Below are positions 45,186-55,007 of a stretch of DNA of 62,700 nt, piece by piece. The notes below the pieces were generated by a model, which did no database searches, had not been told where the DNA came from, and was given only the letters and a program-made list of their open reading frames with translations. The DNA is from a virus. Taxonomy: Duplodnaviria; Caudoviricetes. How positions within the stretch are numbered: position 1 is the first letter of the stretch; each line of letters starts with the position of its first letter. Location: positions 1 through 62,700 of the IMG/VR virus record IMGVR_UViG_3300048625_000103; one strand, written 5' to 3'. The position numbers and the translations under genes were made by a program.

Positions 45186-45607
45186 AGTGGGTGCTCCGTT
45201 GTTGATGGGTGCAAGTATGTGCGCATATCCTTACATGAAACTTACAAACCACAATTATTTTCACTGATCGTTTGTTCAGTGGTTGGACGTGGTGAGGGTG
45301 AGCGGTCGCGGCGGGTAACGGTTCAGGGTGTGCTCTGCCTATAGGGTAAGACACACGGCCTTGTGTTCTTTCCTTTGTTCGTTTCCGTGCCTGTTGATTG
45401 GTGCGCGGGTGAGGTGTTCGCCTGCTGGCACATCATCGCGGCGGCTGAGTTAATCGCGGGAGCCTAGCGCAGCGGACAGTTCTGGGTGTGCTCTACACAT
45501 AGGGGACGATACAACGTCCTCGACCTTTCCACTTCCTGCCTTCTCTTGTCTTTGCTCTATTGTTTCGGGGCTTTGTGCTTTTTGAATGTGTTCCTATAAT
45601 CCCGACC

Positions 45608-46351
45608 ATGAAACTCACACGCAACCAAATCAAACAAGGGCTCGACCAAGTGCCGATGGTTGACATCCTCGGGCCACAGGTAAACGCCAAGCTAACCCCG
45701 AAACAGAAAGACTTCGCCATGAACTTAGCCAAGGGTGACGCACCAAGTGCAGCCTATAAGAAAGCCTTCAACCGCAAAGGTAAGGTGGCAACAATCGCCA
45801 ACGATGCGTATAAGCTGAGAAAGAAACCCGATGTGATCGCGATGCGTGATGCCTATTCGTCGGCTTTAGATGCTCAAAGATACCAAACCCCTGCTGCTTT
45901 GAGAGCTTTAGTTATCGAATCCCTCGTGTCAGTCATCATTGATCCCGAGGCTAACCATTCCCAAGTGGTCGCCGCGGCTAAGGTCCTAGGCACCGTGACT
46001 GAGGTTGCTGCCTTCACTGAGCGCAAAGAAGTGACGACCATTACTAATAGTGATGACGCTAAAGCGCGTGTCATGAAACAATTGCGCGACTTGATGGCCA
46101 GCGATGCGAGCGACGCGAACGTGATTGAAAGCGACGCCCTATCCCTTGAGAACGAGCTGCGGGGCCTGAGCGCAACCCCCACCACCCCGAATGGCCAGTT
46201 GGAGTCCCTTGTAGCCATACATACTATTCCACACGAACGATCCCCACAAAAAACAGACCCCCTCCCCTCCAACAATTCCAGCGCCGATGATGGTGATGAC
46301 GATTTTGAAACACCCCCCGGTCATGTTTCTAAACCAAATGGCCTAGGGTGA
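45608..46351 (+). CDS. terS: Terminase small subunit (putative)
   Basis: LTPKQKDFA...AYKKAF HTH-like N-terminus; upstream of terL; TATAAT 7 nt before the ATG. Confidence 0.65.
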   Translation: MKLTRNQIKQGLDQVPMVDILGPQVNAKLTPKQKDFAMNLAKGDAPSAAYKKAFNRKGKVATIANDAYKLRKKPDVIAMRDAYSSALDAQRYQTPAALRALVIESLVSVIIDPEANHSQVVAAAKVLGTVTEVAAFTERKEVTTITNSDDAKARVMKQLRDLMASDASDANVIESDALSLENELRGLSATPTTPNGQLESLVAIHTIPHERSPQKTDPLPSNNSSADDGDDDFETPPGHVSKPNGLG

Positions 46352-46359
46352 TATAAAAA

Positions 46360-46710
46360 ATGGGAACTAATAGAGGGGTAGAACCAAAGAAAATTGGTTC
46401 GATTAAGAAGAGGGTGGTCGAGATCAATTACAAGATGACGGCCAAGAGTAGGGATTTGACGGAAGAGAAGTGTAAGGAGATGGATATGAGCCCGGCGCAG
46501 AGAGAGGTGTTTTTGATTGTGGATGAGTGGTGGAAGAAGTTTGGGTTTAGTCCGAGCTTGAGGGATATTGCGAACCAGAGGGGGAAGATGGGGTTGGGCA
46601 ATACGATGAGGTTGGTTGATCGGTTGGTGGAGCTGGGTGTGTTTAAGAAGATTGATGGGTGTGGGAGGACGGTGCGGCCGGTGTACATCAACTTTAGGAA
46701 CTTGGAGTAA
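46360..46710 (+). CDS. LexA-type DNA-binding domain protein (no peptidase domain)
   Basis: MSPAQREVF...GFSPSLRDIA...LVELG...RTVR matches the LexA N-terminal winged-helix pattern. Confidence 0.75.
   Translation: MGTNRGVEPKKIGSIKKRVVEINYKMTAKSRDLTEEKCKEMDMSPAQREVFLIVDEWWKKFGFSPSLRDIANQRGKMGLGNTMRLVDRLVELGVFKKIDGCGRTVRPVYINFRNLE
46381..46400. promoter_or_regulatory. Dispersed palindrome copy 4, at the 5' end of the LexA-like gene
   Basis: Exact reverse complement of copies 2 and 3. Confidence 0.7.
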
Positions 46711-46797
46711 ATATGCACGGCGGATCAATTGGCTCGACATTGCTTCTACTTTTTTGTGGCTTGATGGCTGCATATTGCACAGGCAAAAAACGCAAAC

Positions 46798-48342
46798 ATG
46801 ACAAAAAATAAAAAACCGGCTCCGCAGGAGTTGAGTGAGCTCGACAAGTTGCTTTCTGGGTTGGCGCCTAGTGAGCAGGAGCAGTTACTTGCTGACGTAG
46901 AAGAGTACAGAAATGCGCTGGAGAGGGAGAAGTGTCAGAACAGTTTCATGGCCTACGTCAAAACCATGTGGCCCGGGTTTATTCACGGCCGCCATCATGC
47001 GTTACTGGCTAAAAAGTTCGAGGATATTGCGTCAGGGAAGATCAAACGGCTGGCAATTTCACTTCCACCGCGGCATACCAAGTCGGAATTTGGCTCGTAC
47101 CTCTTTCCGTCGTGGTTTTTGGGTAAATTTCCCGGCAAAAAGGTGATGCAAGCGTCAAACACGGGCGAACTTTCGGTGGGTTTTGGCCGAAAAGTGCGTA
47201 ACTTGGTGATGTCAGAGCAATATGCCAAGACATTTCCTGATGTGGCGCTGCGACAAGACTCGAAAGCGGCTGGTCGATGGTCTACTAACCATGATGGTGA
47301 GTATTTTGCGATCGGCGTAGGCGGTACGATGACTGGTCGGGGTGCGGATTTGGTTATTATTGACGATCCACACACGGAAGGTGAGGCGGCGCTGGCTGCC
47401 CATGACCCAAGCGTGTACGACAGGTCTTATGAGTGGTACACATCAGGCCCCCGTCAACGTTTACAACCCAATGGCGCGATCATCATCATCGCAACGCGTT
47501 GGTCAGAGCGTGATTTGATTGGCCGGGTGTTAAAAGATGCGGCCGAACGTGGGAAGGTGGACGAATGGGAGGTGGTTGAACTTCCTGCCATCATGCCGAG
47601 CGGCAACCCCCTGTGGCCAGAGTTCTGGAGCTTGGCCGAACTCGAGGCGCTGCGTGAAGAATTGCCACCATCTAAGTGGAATGCTCAATATCAGCAATCT
47701 CCAACGGGCGAAGAGGGTGCGATCGTCAAAAGGGAGTGGTGGCAGACGTGGAAAAAAGACGAGCCGCCGCGGTGTGAGTTCATCATCCAAGCATGGGACA
47801 CGGCTTTCACCAAAAACGAACGTTCTGACTATTCAGCATGCTCGACATGGGGCGTGTTCTTCATGAACGAAGACCCGGCAGATCCGCACATCATTTTGTT
47901 GGATGCTTTTCAGAAACGGATGGAGTTTCCTGAGCTCAAAGAAAAAGCTCGGTCACATTATGAGGAATGGGAACCTGATGACTGCATCATCGAAGCCAAA
48001 GCATCTGGCGCGTCGTTGATTCAAGAGCTTAACAAGCAGGGTGGGATGTTCATTCGGCCGTACACACCGACGCGCGGCAAAGCTGGCCAGTCAAACGACA
48101 AGATCAGTCGCTTAAACGTGATCGCTCCGATCTTTCAAGCGGGCAAAGTTTGGGCGCCGGAGACACGTTGGGCACAGGAAATGGTTGAGCAAATGGCGGC
48201 GTTTCCCAATGCTGCACATGATGACTTGGTTGATACCGCGGTGATGGCTGTAACAAGGTTTCGACAAGGCGGATTTTTAAGACTAGAATCCGATGAACGT
48301 GAAGAAATCGCGAGCTTTAGGCGTGCGCGAACTTACTACTGA
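46798..48342 (+). CDS. terL: Terminase large subunit
   Basis: PPRHTKS, IIDDP, TRW, WDTA and HDDLVD motifs. Confidence 0.95.
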   Translation: MTKNKKPAPQELSELDKLLSGLAPSEQEQLLADVEEYRNALEREKCQNSFMAYVKTMWPGFIHGRHHALLAKKFEDIASGKIKRLAISLPPRHTKSEFGSYLFPSWFLGKFPGKKVMQASNTGELSVGFGRKVRNLVMSEQYAKTFPDVALRQDSKAAGRWSTNHDGEYFAIGVGGTMTGRGADLVIIDDPHTEGEAALAAHDPSVYDRSYEWYTSGPRQRLQPNGAIIIIATRWSERDLIGRVLKDAAERGKVDEWEVVELPAIMPSGNPLWPEFWSLAELEALREELPPSKWNAQYQQSPTGEEGAIVKREWWQTWKKDEPPRCEFIIQAWDTAFTKNERSDYSACSTWGVFFMNEDPADPHIILLDAFQKRMEFPELKEKARSHYEEWEPDDCIIEAKASGASLIQELNKQGGMFIRPYTPTRGKAGQSNDKISRLNVIAPIFQAGKVWAPETRWAQEMVEQMAAFPNAAHDDLVDTAVMAVTRFRQGGFLRLESDEREEIASFRRARTYY

Positions 48343-48353
48343 TAGGAACAAAT

Positions 48354-50846
48354 ATGGCAATGGATAAAGGTTTGTATGCGGCTCCAGCTGGCTTGGAAGG
48401 TCTGGCAGCTTTAAACGAAACTCCAGAAATTGAAATCGAGATTGAAGATCCGGAAGCTGTGCGAATCGGCGTTGACGGATTGGAAATTGAGATTGAGCCG
48501 CAAGAAGAATCTGATGAAGATTTTGATGCAAACCTTGCTGAGTATTTACCAGAGACTGTCCTGTCTCAATTGGCCGGTGACTTGATTGGCGACTTTGATG
48601 AAGACGTTTCTTCACGCAAAGATTGGATTCAAACTTACGTTGACGGCTTGGAGTTGCTTGGCCTGAAGATCGAAGAGCGGTCAGAGCCATGGGAAGGCGC
48701 TTGCGGTGTTTATCACCCACTGATGTCAGAGGCGCTGGTTAAGTTTCAAGCTGAGACCATGCAGGCAACATTCCCTGCATCTGGTCCAGTCAAGACGCAG
48801 ATCATCGGCAAAGAAACAGCCGAGAAAAAAGCTGCTGCCGTTCGTGTCCAAGAAGACATGAACTATCAACTGACGGACGTGATGAAAGAGTACCGTCCTG
48901 AGCACGAGCGCATGCTTTGGGGCTTGGGTTTGTCCGGTAACGCTTTCAAGAAAGTGTATTTCGATCCTCAGTTGAATCGTCAAACATCCATCTTTGTACC
49001 GGCCGAAGATTTGGTTGTGCCTTATGGCGCCTCGGATCTGGATTCAGCTCCACGCATTACTCATGTGATGCGCAAGACGGACAACGATGTTCGTCGATTG
49101 CAAGTGGCTGGCTTTTGGCGCGACATTGATCTTGGCGAACCAGAAACAACTCTTGATGAAGTTGAGAAAAAGATCGCTGAGAAAATGGGCTTCCGTGCAA
49201 CCATGGATGACCGTTTCAAGATCTTGGAGATGTGCGTCAACCTAGACATCGAAGGTTACGAGCACAAGGATAAAGACGGCCATCCAACTGGCATCGCTAT
49301 CCCATACATTGTCACTATCGACAAATCAAGCAGCAAGGTTTTGGCTATCCGTCGCAACTGGGAACCAGACGACGAGACATACCAAAAGCGCCAGCACTTT
49401 GTGCACTACGGCTACATCCCCGGATTTGGCTTCTATTGCTTTGGCCTGATCCATTTGGTTGGTGCGTTTGCTAAATCTGGCACTTCGTTGATCCGTCAAT
49501 TGGTTGATGCCGGTACATTGAGCAACTTGCCAGGTGGTTTTAAGGCCCGCGGTATGCGCGTCAAGGGAGATGACACTCCGATTGCACCCGGTGAGTTCCG
49601 TGACGTTGACGTTCCAAGCGGCACCATCAAAGACAACTTGATGACCTTGCCATACAAGGAGCCAAGTCAGGTTCTGTTGGCTCTGTTGAACCAGATTGTT
49701 GAAGACGGCCGCCGGTTTGCAAACGTTGCTGACATGCAGATCAGCGACATGTCTGCCAATAGCCCAGTTGGTACAACATTGGCCATCTTGGAGCGCACGC
49801 TCAAGGTGATGTCTGCTGTTCAGGCCCGCGTACATTACTCGATGAAGCAGGAGCTCAAGCTCTTGAAGGTCATCATCGCTGACTACACGCCTGAAGATTA
49901 CGACTACGATCCAACAGAAGGCAGCCGACGCGCCAAGAAATCCGACTACAAGAATGTGGACGTGATTCCTGTCAGCGATCCAAATGCTGCCACCATGGCG
50001 CAGAAGATTGTTCAGTACCAAGCTGTGTTGCAGTTGGCTCAGTCAGCTCCGCAGATGTACAACATGCCTTTGTTGCACCGTCAAATGTTGGATGTGCTTG
50101 GCATTAAAAATGCGAACAAGCTGATTCCAATGGACGAAGATCAAAAGCCAATGGACCCGGTGAGCGAGAACCAAAGCATCTTGATGGGTAAGCCGGTAAA
50201 GGCATTCTTGTACCAAGACCACCAAGCGCACATCACTGTGCACATGTCGGCCATGCAAGATCCTCACATCAACCAGTTGTTGCAAGGTAATCCAAACGCT
50301 CAGTCGATCTCCGCGGCAGCCATGGCCCACATCAATGAACACTTGGGATTTGAGTATCGCAAGCAGATTGAAAAGCAGTTGGGCATGCAATTGCCGCCAC
50401 AGCAAGACGAGTCTGGCGAAGACACAAACATGTCTCCAGAAGTTGAAGCTCGTTTGGCTCCATTGTTGGCTCAGGCTGCTCAACAGTTGCTCCAACAAAA
50501 CCAAGCTCAGGTCGCTCAACAGCAAGCTCAACAGCAAGCTCAAGACCCAATGATCCAGCTGCAACAACAAGAGTTGCAACTGAAAGCTCAGGAAGTTGAA
50601 ATCAAGAAGCAAAAACTTCAGATGGATGCAAACTCAAAAGCCAATCAGTTGGCCGTCGAGCAAGAGCGTATTGCTGCCCAAGAGCGTATTGCTGGCGCGC
50701 AGATTAATGCCAAGGCTAAGAATGATGAGGCAAATCTTGCTGCAAAGCATCAAATGGAAGATATGCGAGTTGGCATTGATGCAGTCAAGCATCTGTCAAC
50801 ATTGAAACATCAAGCAAGTCAAAAACCGACAAAAGGTGAAGAATGA
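48354..50846 (+). CDS. Portal protein
   Basis: 830 aa directly after terL; Gln-rich C-terminal barrel-like coiled coil. Confidence 0.85.
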   Translation: MAMDKGLYAAPAGLEGLAALNETPEIEIEIEDPEAVRIGVDGLEIEIEPQEESDEDFDANLAEYLPETVLSQLAGDLIGDFDEDVSSRKDWIQTYVDGLELLGLKIEERSEPWEGACGVYHPLMSEALVKFQAETMQATFPASGPVKTQIIGKETAEKKAAAVRVQEDMNYQLTDVMKEYRPEHERMLWGLGLSGNAFKKVYFDPQLNRQTSIFVPAEDLVVPYGASDLDSAPRITHVMRKTDNDVRRLQVAGFWRDIDLGEPETTLDEVEKKIAEKMGFRATMDDRFKILEMCVNLDIEGYEHKDKDGHPTGIAIPYIVTIDKSSSKVLAIRRNWEPDDETYQKRQHFVHYGYIPGFGFYCFGLIHLVGAFAKSGTSLIRQLVDAGTLSNLPGGFKARGMRVKGDDTPIAPGEFRDVDVPSGTIKDNLMTLPYKEPSQVLLALLNQIVEDGRRFANVADMQISDMSANSPVGTTLAILERTLKVMSAVQARVHYSMKQELKLLKVIIADYTPEDYDYDPTEGSRRAKKSDYKNVDVIPVSDPNAATMAQKIVQYQAVLQLAQSAPQMYNMPLLHRQMLDVLGIKNANKLIPMDEDQKPMDPVSENQSILMGKPVKAFLYQDHQAHITVHMSAMQDPHINQLLQGNPNAQSISAAAMAHINEHLGFEYRKQIEKQLGMQLPPQQDESGEDTNMSPEVEARLAPLLAQAAQQLLQQNQAQVAQQQAQQQAQDPMIQLQQQELQLKAQEVEIKKQKLQMDANSKANQLAVEQERIAAQERIAGAQINAKAKNDEANLAAKHQMEDMRVGIDAVKHLSTLKHQASQKPTKGEE

Positions 50847-51031
50847 CAGCTTTAGAACTTCTGGTCAAACAACTAGATGAAAAGGCTTCGTATCTCCGAG
50901 AAGGGCTCAGCTTAGGCCGGGCCTCAAACTTCGAAGAGTACAAAGGAACTTGCGGCGAGATTAAAGGTCTGCTGGTCGCTAAGGGATACATATTAGACCT
51001 CATGCAAAACATGGAAAGCTCAGATGACTAA
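50843..51031 (+). CDS. Small hypothetical protein
   Basis: EEYKGTCGEIKGL; coupled between portal and GroES-like gene. Confidence 0.6.
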   Translation: MTALELLVKQLDEKASYLREGLSLGRASNFEEYKGTCGEIKGLLVAKGYILDLMQNMESSDD

Positions 51032-51431
51032 CCAATTCAACCTCCAAGCGGTTGACCTGTCGGGTATTCTCAACAAGGATACTGACCAAAAGGCAAAGCA
51101 GCTGCCTGATCCAAAAACGTTTCACATTCTTTGCGTCGTGCCAGAAGCGATGGAAGAGTATGCTGAAAGCACGTTGATTAAATCAAGCCAAACGATGCAC
51201 TATGAAGAAGTGCTGACGCCAGTGTTGTTTGTGGTCAAACTTGGCCCAGACGCTTACGCAGACAAGTCTCGCTTCCCAAGCGGTCCGTCTTGCAAGGAAG
51301 GTGATTTCATCATCGTCCGTCCAAACTCAGGCACCCGTATGAAGATCCACGGCCGTGAATTCCGCATCCTCAATGATGATTCGGTTGAAGCAACGGTCCA
51401 AGACCCCAGAGGCATAACAAGGGCGTCATGA
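51024..51431 (+). CDS. GroES-like co-chaperonin
   Basis: VVKLGP...KEGDFI...GREFRILNDDSV pattern. Confidence 0.75.
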   Translation: MTNQFNLQAVDLSGILNKDTDQKAKQLPDPKTFHILCVVPEAMEEYAESTLIKSSQTMHYEEVLTPVLFVVKLGPDAYADKSRFPSGPSCKEGDFIIVRPNSGTRMKIHGREFRILNDDSVEATVQDPRGITRAS

Positions 51432-51895
51432 CTGACAAAGAGCGTAAAGCTCGCAACGCCGAAAAATCTAAACGGTGGAGAGCAAATAACCCGGATGCTG
51501 CAAAAGCTGCAAAACAGCGTTATTACGCGTCTGAAAAAGGAAAAGCTCAAAAACGCAAAGAGGACGAGGCGTACAAAAATTCTGGTGGAAGAGCGGAAGC
51601 AGAAAAACGAAGGCTTGAAAAACCGTTATCTGAAGTTAGAAAACAAGCAAAGTTGCGTCATCAATTGATGCGTAGAACTGGCGAAAAAGCATTGAACGAA
51701 TTTGATTCTTGGGTGTTAAAAGAAGCTGTTCATCTAACACGGTTGCGCAATAAGTTGTGCGGTGGAAGATGGCACGTTGACCATATCATCCCTGTAAGCA
51801 AAGGCGGCTTATGCTCACATAACAACCTTCAGGTTGTACCAGCAAGTTGGAATCAATCAAAATCCAACAAGCACACAAACCGTTTTTTTAATTAA
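51428..51895 (+). mobile_element. Free-standing HNH homing endonuclease
   Basis: HVDHIIP...GG...NNLQV...N..K motif; basic N-terminus; AT-richer than neighbours. Confidence 0.85.
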
Positions 51896-51910
51896 CAGGA
51901 GCCTTCAAAA

Positions 51911-52849
51911 ATGGCAACATTCCGTTTTCCAGACGAGCTGGACCAAGAAGACAACACGCCTGAAATTGAGATTGAAATTGAGGATGACACCCCAGTTGAA
52001 GATCGCAATAAAGAGCCAATGCCTAAAGAGATCGTCGAGCAGCTAGATGCTGATGAGCTCGATGAATATGACGGCAAGGTCAAGGAAAAGCTCAAGCAAA
52101 TGAAGAAGGTGTATCACGATGAGCGACGCGAGAAAGAGCGCGCGCTACGTGATCAACAGGAAGCTATTGCTTTTGCCCAACGTGTTGCCGAAGAGAACAA
52201 GCGCATCAAAGCGATGTACTCGAATGGTGAAAAAGAATACGTAGAGTCTTTGAAGACTTCTGCTGAAATGTCACTTGAAATGGCAAAGCAGAACTACAAG
52301 AAAGCTTACGAAGAAGGCGATACGGATAAGGTAATTGAAGCCCAGCAAAAGATGCAAGAAGCAAACTTGCGGATGATGCAGGCAAAAAACTTTAAGCCTA
52401 CCGCTTTACAAGAAGAGAATTTTGAGGTACAAACTCAACGTGAGCAGACCCAATCTGTTCCAAAACCTGACAACAAAGCGTTAGCGTGGCAAGAGCGCAA
52501 CAATTGGTTTGGTCAGGATGAGGAAATGACAGCATCAGCTTTAGGCTTGCATGAAAAGCTTAAACGCAATGGTGTCCAAATTGGATCTGACGAGTATTAC
52601 GCGACATTGGACAAGACAATGCGCAAACGCTTCCCCGAAAATTTTGAGGAAGCACAAGAGGAAGAAGTCGTTTCGAAGGCTGAACCAGTACGAACCAAAC
52701 CCCGTACCGTTGTCGCCCCGGCCGTCCGCAGCACAGCTTCTAACAAAATTAAGCTGAGCCCACGACAAGTCGAACTTGCCAAAAAATTTGGTTTGACACC
52801 GGAAGCTTATGCACTTGAAATGAGAAAAATTGAGGCCCAAAATGTCTGA
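51911..52849 (+). CDS. Scaffolding protein (putative)
   Basis: Acidic N-terminus, long coiled coil, located upstream of capsid genes. Confidence 0.65.
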   Translation: MATFRFPDELDQEDNTPEIEIEIEDDTPVEDRNKEPMPKEIVEQLDADELDEYDGKVKEKLKQMKKVYHDERREKERALRDQQEAIAFAQRVAEENKRIKAMYSNGEKEYVESLKTSAEMSLEMAKQNYKKAYEEGDTDKVIEAQQKMQEANLRMMQAKNFKPTALQEENFEVQTQREQTQSVPKPDNKALAWQERNNWFGQDEEMTASALGLHEKLKRNGVQIGSDEYYATLDKTMRKRFPENFEEAQEEEVVSKAEPVRTKPRTVVAPAVRSTASNKIKLSPRQVELAKKFGLTPEAYALEMRKIEAQNV

Positions 52850-53300
52850 AGTTACACAAACACGCAAATCCCGCGAAGCTGATTCTCGCGCCGTCTTTAC
52901 ACGCCCAGAAGCATGGAGACCACCAGAAGCTCTTCCCAGTCCTGATGACCGTCCCGGATGGTCTCATCGTTGGGTTCGTTTGAGTACCTTGGGCACGTCG
53001 GACCCCAGTAACATTTCTTCCAAGCTGCGCGAAGGATACGAACCCTGTAAAGCAGATGAGTATCCTGAAATGATGATGCACGCTACTACCGAAGGTCGCT
53101 TTAAGGGCAACATTGAGGTTGGCGGGTTGATGCTCTGTCGTATTCCGTCGGAGTTCTTGGATCAACGTTCTGCGTACTACGCAAACATGAACAAGTCTCA
53201 AATGGAGTCCGTGGACAACAACTTTTTACGCGATAGTGACCCACGTATGCCTCTTTTCTCTGAAAAGAAAACGAAGGTCACTTTCGGATCTGGTTCTTAA
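52842..53300 (+). CDS. Head-module hypothetical protein
   Basis: HRWVR...KLREGYEP...GGLMLC; start reassigned to MSEVT. Confidence 0.6.
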   Translation: MSEVTQTRKSREADSRAVFTRPEAWRPPEALPSPDDRPGWSHRWVRLSTLGTSDPSNISSKLREGYEPCKADEYPEMMMHATTEGRFKGNIEVGGLMLCRIPSEFLDQRSAYYANMNKSQMESVDNNFLRDSDPRMPLFSEKKTKVTFGSGS

Positions 53301-53315
53301 ACTTGGAGTTCTAAC

Positions 53316-53933
53316 ATGGCTTATCCCACTGTTTCTGCCCCATACGGCCTGAAAGCAATCAATTCGATTGATGGCAAGCCTTATGCTGGTGCAATTCGTC
53401 AAATCCCTATCGCTTCTGGCTACGCCACAGCTATCTTTAACGGTGACACCGTGAAGATCAGCGGCGGCTATTTGGTTGCCGATACAAGCACAAACGCTGC
53501 CACGCCTTGCGGTGTGTTGGTCGGTTGTTCTTACATCAACTCTTCTGGCCAGCCAGTGCAGGGTCAATACTACCCAGCCGCTGCTGCTACCTCTACAAAC
53601 CCAGCATTTGCTTACGTGATCGATGATCAACAAGCTTTGTTCAAGGTTGCATTGGTCACTGCCGGTACAACTACCGTTGTGTCTAGCACCGTTGGCGCTC
53701 GTAGCACATTGGTCGGTCAAAACATCGCTTTGGTTCAAAACTCTGGCAGCACCATCACTGGTGACTCTGCTATTGGTGCAACCGTTACAGGCGCTGGTAC
53801 CACAGCCACCATTCCTTTGCGCGTTATTGACGTGGTTCCTGAGTCGGCTCAAGTCATCTCTGGTACTACCTATTACCGCGAAGTGTTGGTGAAAATCAAC
53901 ACACATCAGTACAACAACACCACTGGTGTTTAA
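53316..53933 (+). CDS. Head decoration/minor capsid protein (putative)
   Basis: Directly upstream of the major capsid gene; GGAG RBS; highly biased codons. Confidence 0.6.
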   Translation: MAYPTVSAPYGLKAINSIDGKPYAGAIRQIPIASGYATAIFNGDTVKISGGYLVADTSTNAATPCGVLVGCSYINSSGQPVQGQYYPAAAATSTNPAFAYVIDDQQALFKVALVTAGTTTVVSSTVGARSTLVGQNIALVQNSGSTITGDSAIGATVTGAGTTATIPLRVIDVVPESAQVISGTTYYREVLVKINTHQYNNTTGV

Positions 53934-53943
53934 GGAGTAAACC

Positions 53944-54855
53944 ATGGCTATTTCACGCGCACAGTTACTTAAAGAACTGCTCCCCGGCTTGAACGCTTTG
54001 TTCGGTCTTGAGTATGCACGCTACGGCGAAGAGCACAAAGAAATCTACGAAACAGAGACATCTGAGCGTAGTTTCGAAGAAGAAACCAAACTCTCTGGTT
54101 TCTCTGCCGCTCCTGTCAAGAATGAAGGCTCTGCCATCAGCTATGACAACGCTCAAGAAGCATGGTCCACTCGCTATACGCACGAGACTATCGCCCTCGG
54201 TTTCTCCATCACTGAAGAAGCTGTTGAAGATAACTTGTACGACAGCCTGTCTGCTCGCTACACCAAGTCTTTGGCTCGCGCCATGGCTTACACCAAGCAA
54301 GTGAAAGCTGCCGCTGTTCTGAACAACGGTTTCACTTCTGGCTACAACGGTGGCGACGGCGTGCCTTTGTTCTCTACAGCTCACCCACTGATCTCCGGTG
54401 GCGTGAACAGCAACACACCCGCTACTCAAGCCGACTTGAACGAGACTTCTTTGGAAGCCGCCGTTATTCAGATCGCTGCTTGGACAGACGAACGTGGTTT
54501 GCTGATCGCTGCAAAGCCCAAGAAATTGGTTGTGCCTCCAAGCCTGCAATTCGTTGCAACCCGCTTGTTGGAAACCAACCTCCGCGTCGGTACAACTGAC
54601 AACGACATCAACGCAATCAAGAACAATGGCGCCATCCCTGATGGTTACACCATTAACCACTTCTTGACCGACAACAACGGCTGGTTCTTGACCACTGACG
54701 TTCCTAACGGTTTGAAACACTTCGTGCGTTCGCCTTTGGCCAACAGCATGGACGGTGACTTCGATACTGGTAACGTCCGTTACAAGGCTCGCGAGCGTTA
54801 TTCGTTCGGTTGGTCTGATCCTTTGGGCATCTTCGGTAGCTCGGGTTCTAACTAA
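53944..54855 (+). CDS. Major capsid protein (Mu gpT-like family)
   Basis: AISRAQLLKELLPGLNALFG start, DGVPLFSTAHP, YKARERYSFG; strong RBS, biased codons, downstream terminator. Confidence 0.85.
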   Translation: MAISRAQLLKELLPGLNALFGLEYARYGEEHKEIYETETSERSFEEETKLSGFSAAPVKNEGSAISYDNAQEAWSTRYTHETIALGFSITEEAVEDNLYDSLSARYTKSLARAMAYTKQVKAAAVLNNGFTSGYNGGDGVPLFSTAHPLISGGVNSNTPATQADLNETSLEAAVIQIAAWTDERGLLIAAKPKKLVVPPSLQFVATRLLETNLRVGTTDNDINAIKNNGAIPDGYTINHFLTDNNGWFLTTDVPNGLKHFVRSPLANSMDGDFDTGNVRYKARERYSFGWSDPLGIFGSSGSN

Positions 54856-54873
54856 TCCTAGAACGATTAAGAT

Positions 54874-54898
54874 AAGGGGCTTCGGCCCCTTTTCTTTT
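54874..54898 (+). terminator. Intrinsic terminator
   Basis: AAGGGGC-TTCG-GCCCCTT followed by a T-tract. Confidence 0.85.
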
Positions 54899-54925
54899 GC
54901 CTAAAACGGGTGTATATTTACGCAA

Positions 54926-54994
54926 CCCGGGATTTTTCCGGCGTATCAAACAGGCCCGGCTGACCTCATGCAGATTGATATGCCACAACGCATG
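54926..54994 (+). ncRNA. Compact double-pseudoknot RNA element downstream of the capsid gene
   Basis: ggcgtatcaa/ttgatatgcc stem, inner cag/ctg hairpin, ccggg/cccgg and catgc/gcatg cross-pairings. Confidence 0.5.
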
Positions 54995-55007
54995 TAAGGA
55001 GATCCTC

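Noticed and set aside
46710-46776. Imperfect hairpin in the terL leader (aatatgca/tgcatatt)
   Set aside because: Only 8+5 bp with large loops; could be chance.
51428-51895. Group I introns or inteins around the endonuclease genes
   Set aside because: Flanking genes appear intact and directly overlap or abut the endonucleases, leaving no room for intron cores; terL and helicase show no intein-sized inserts.
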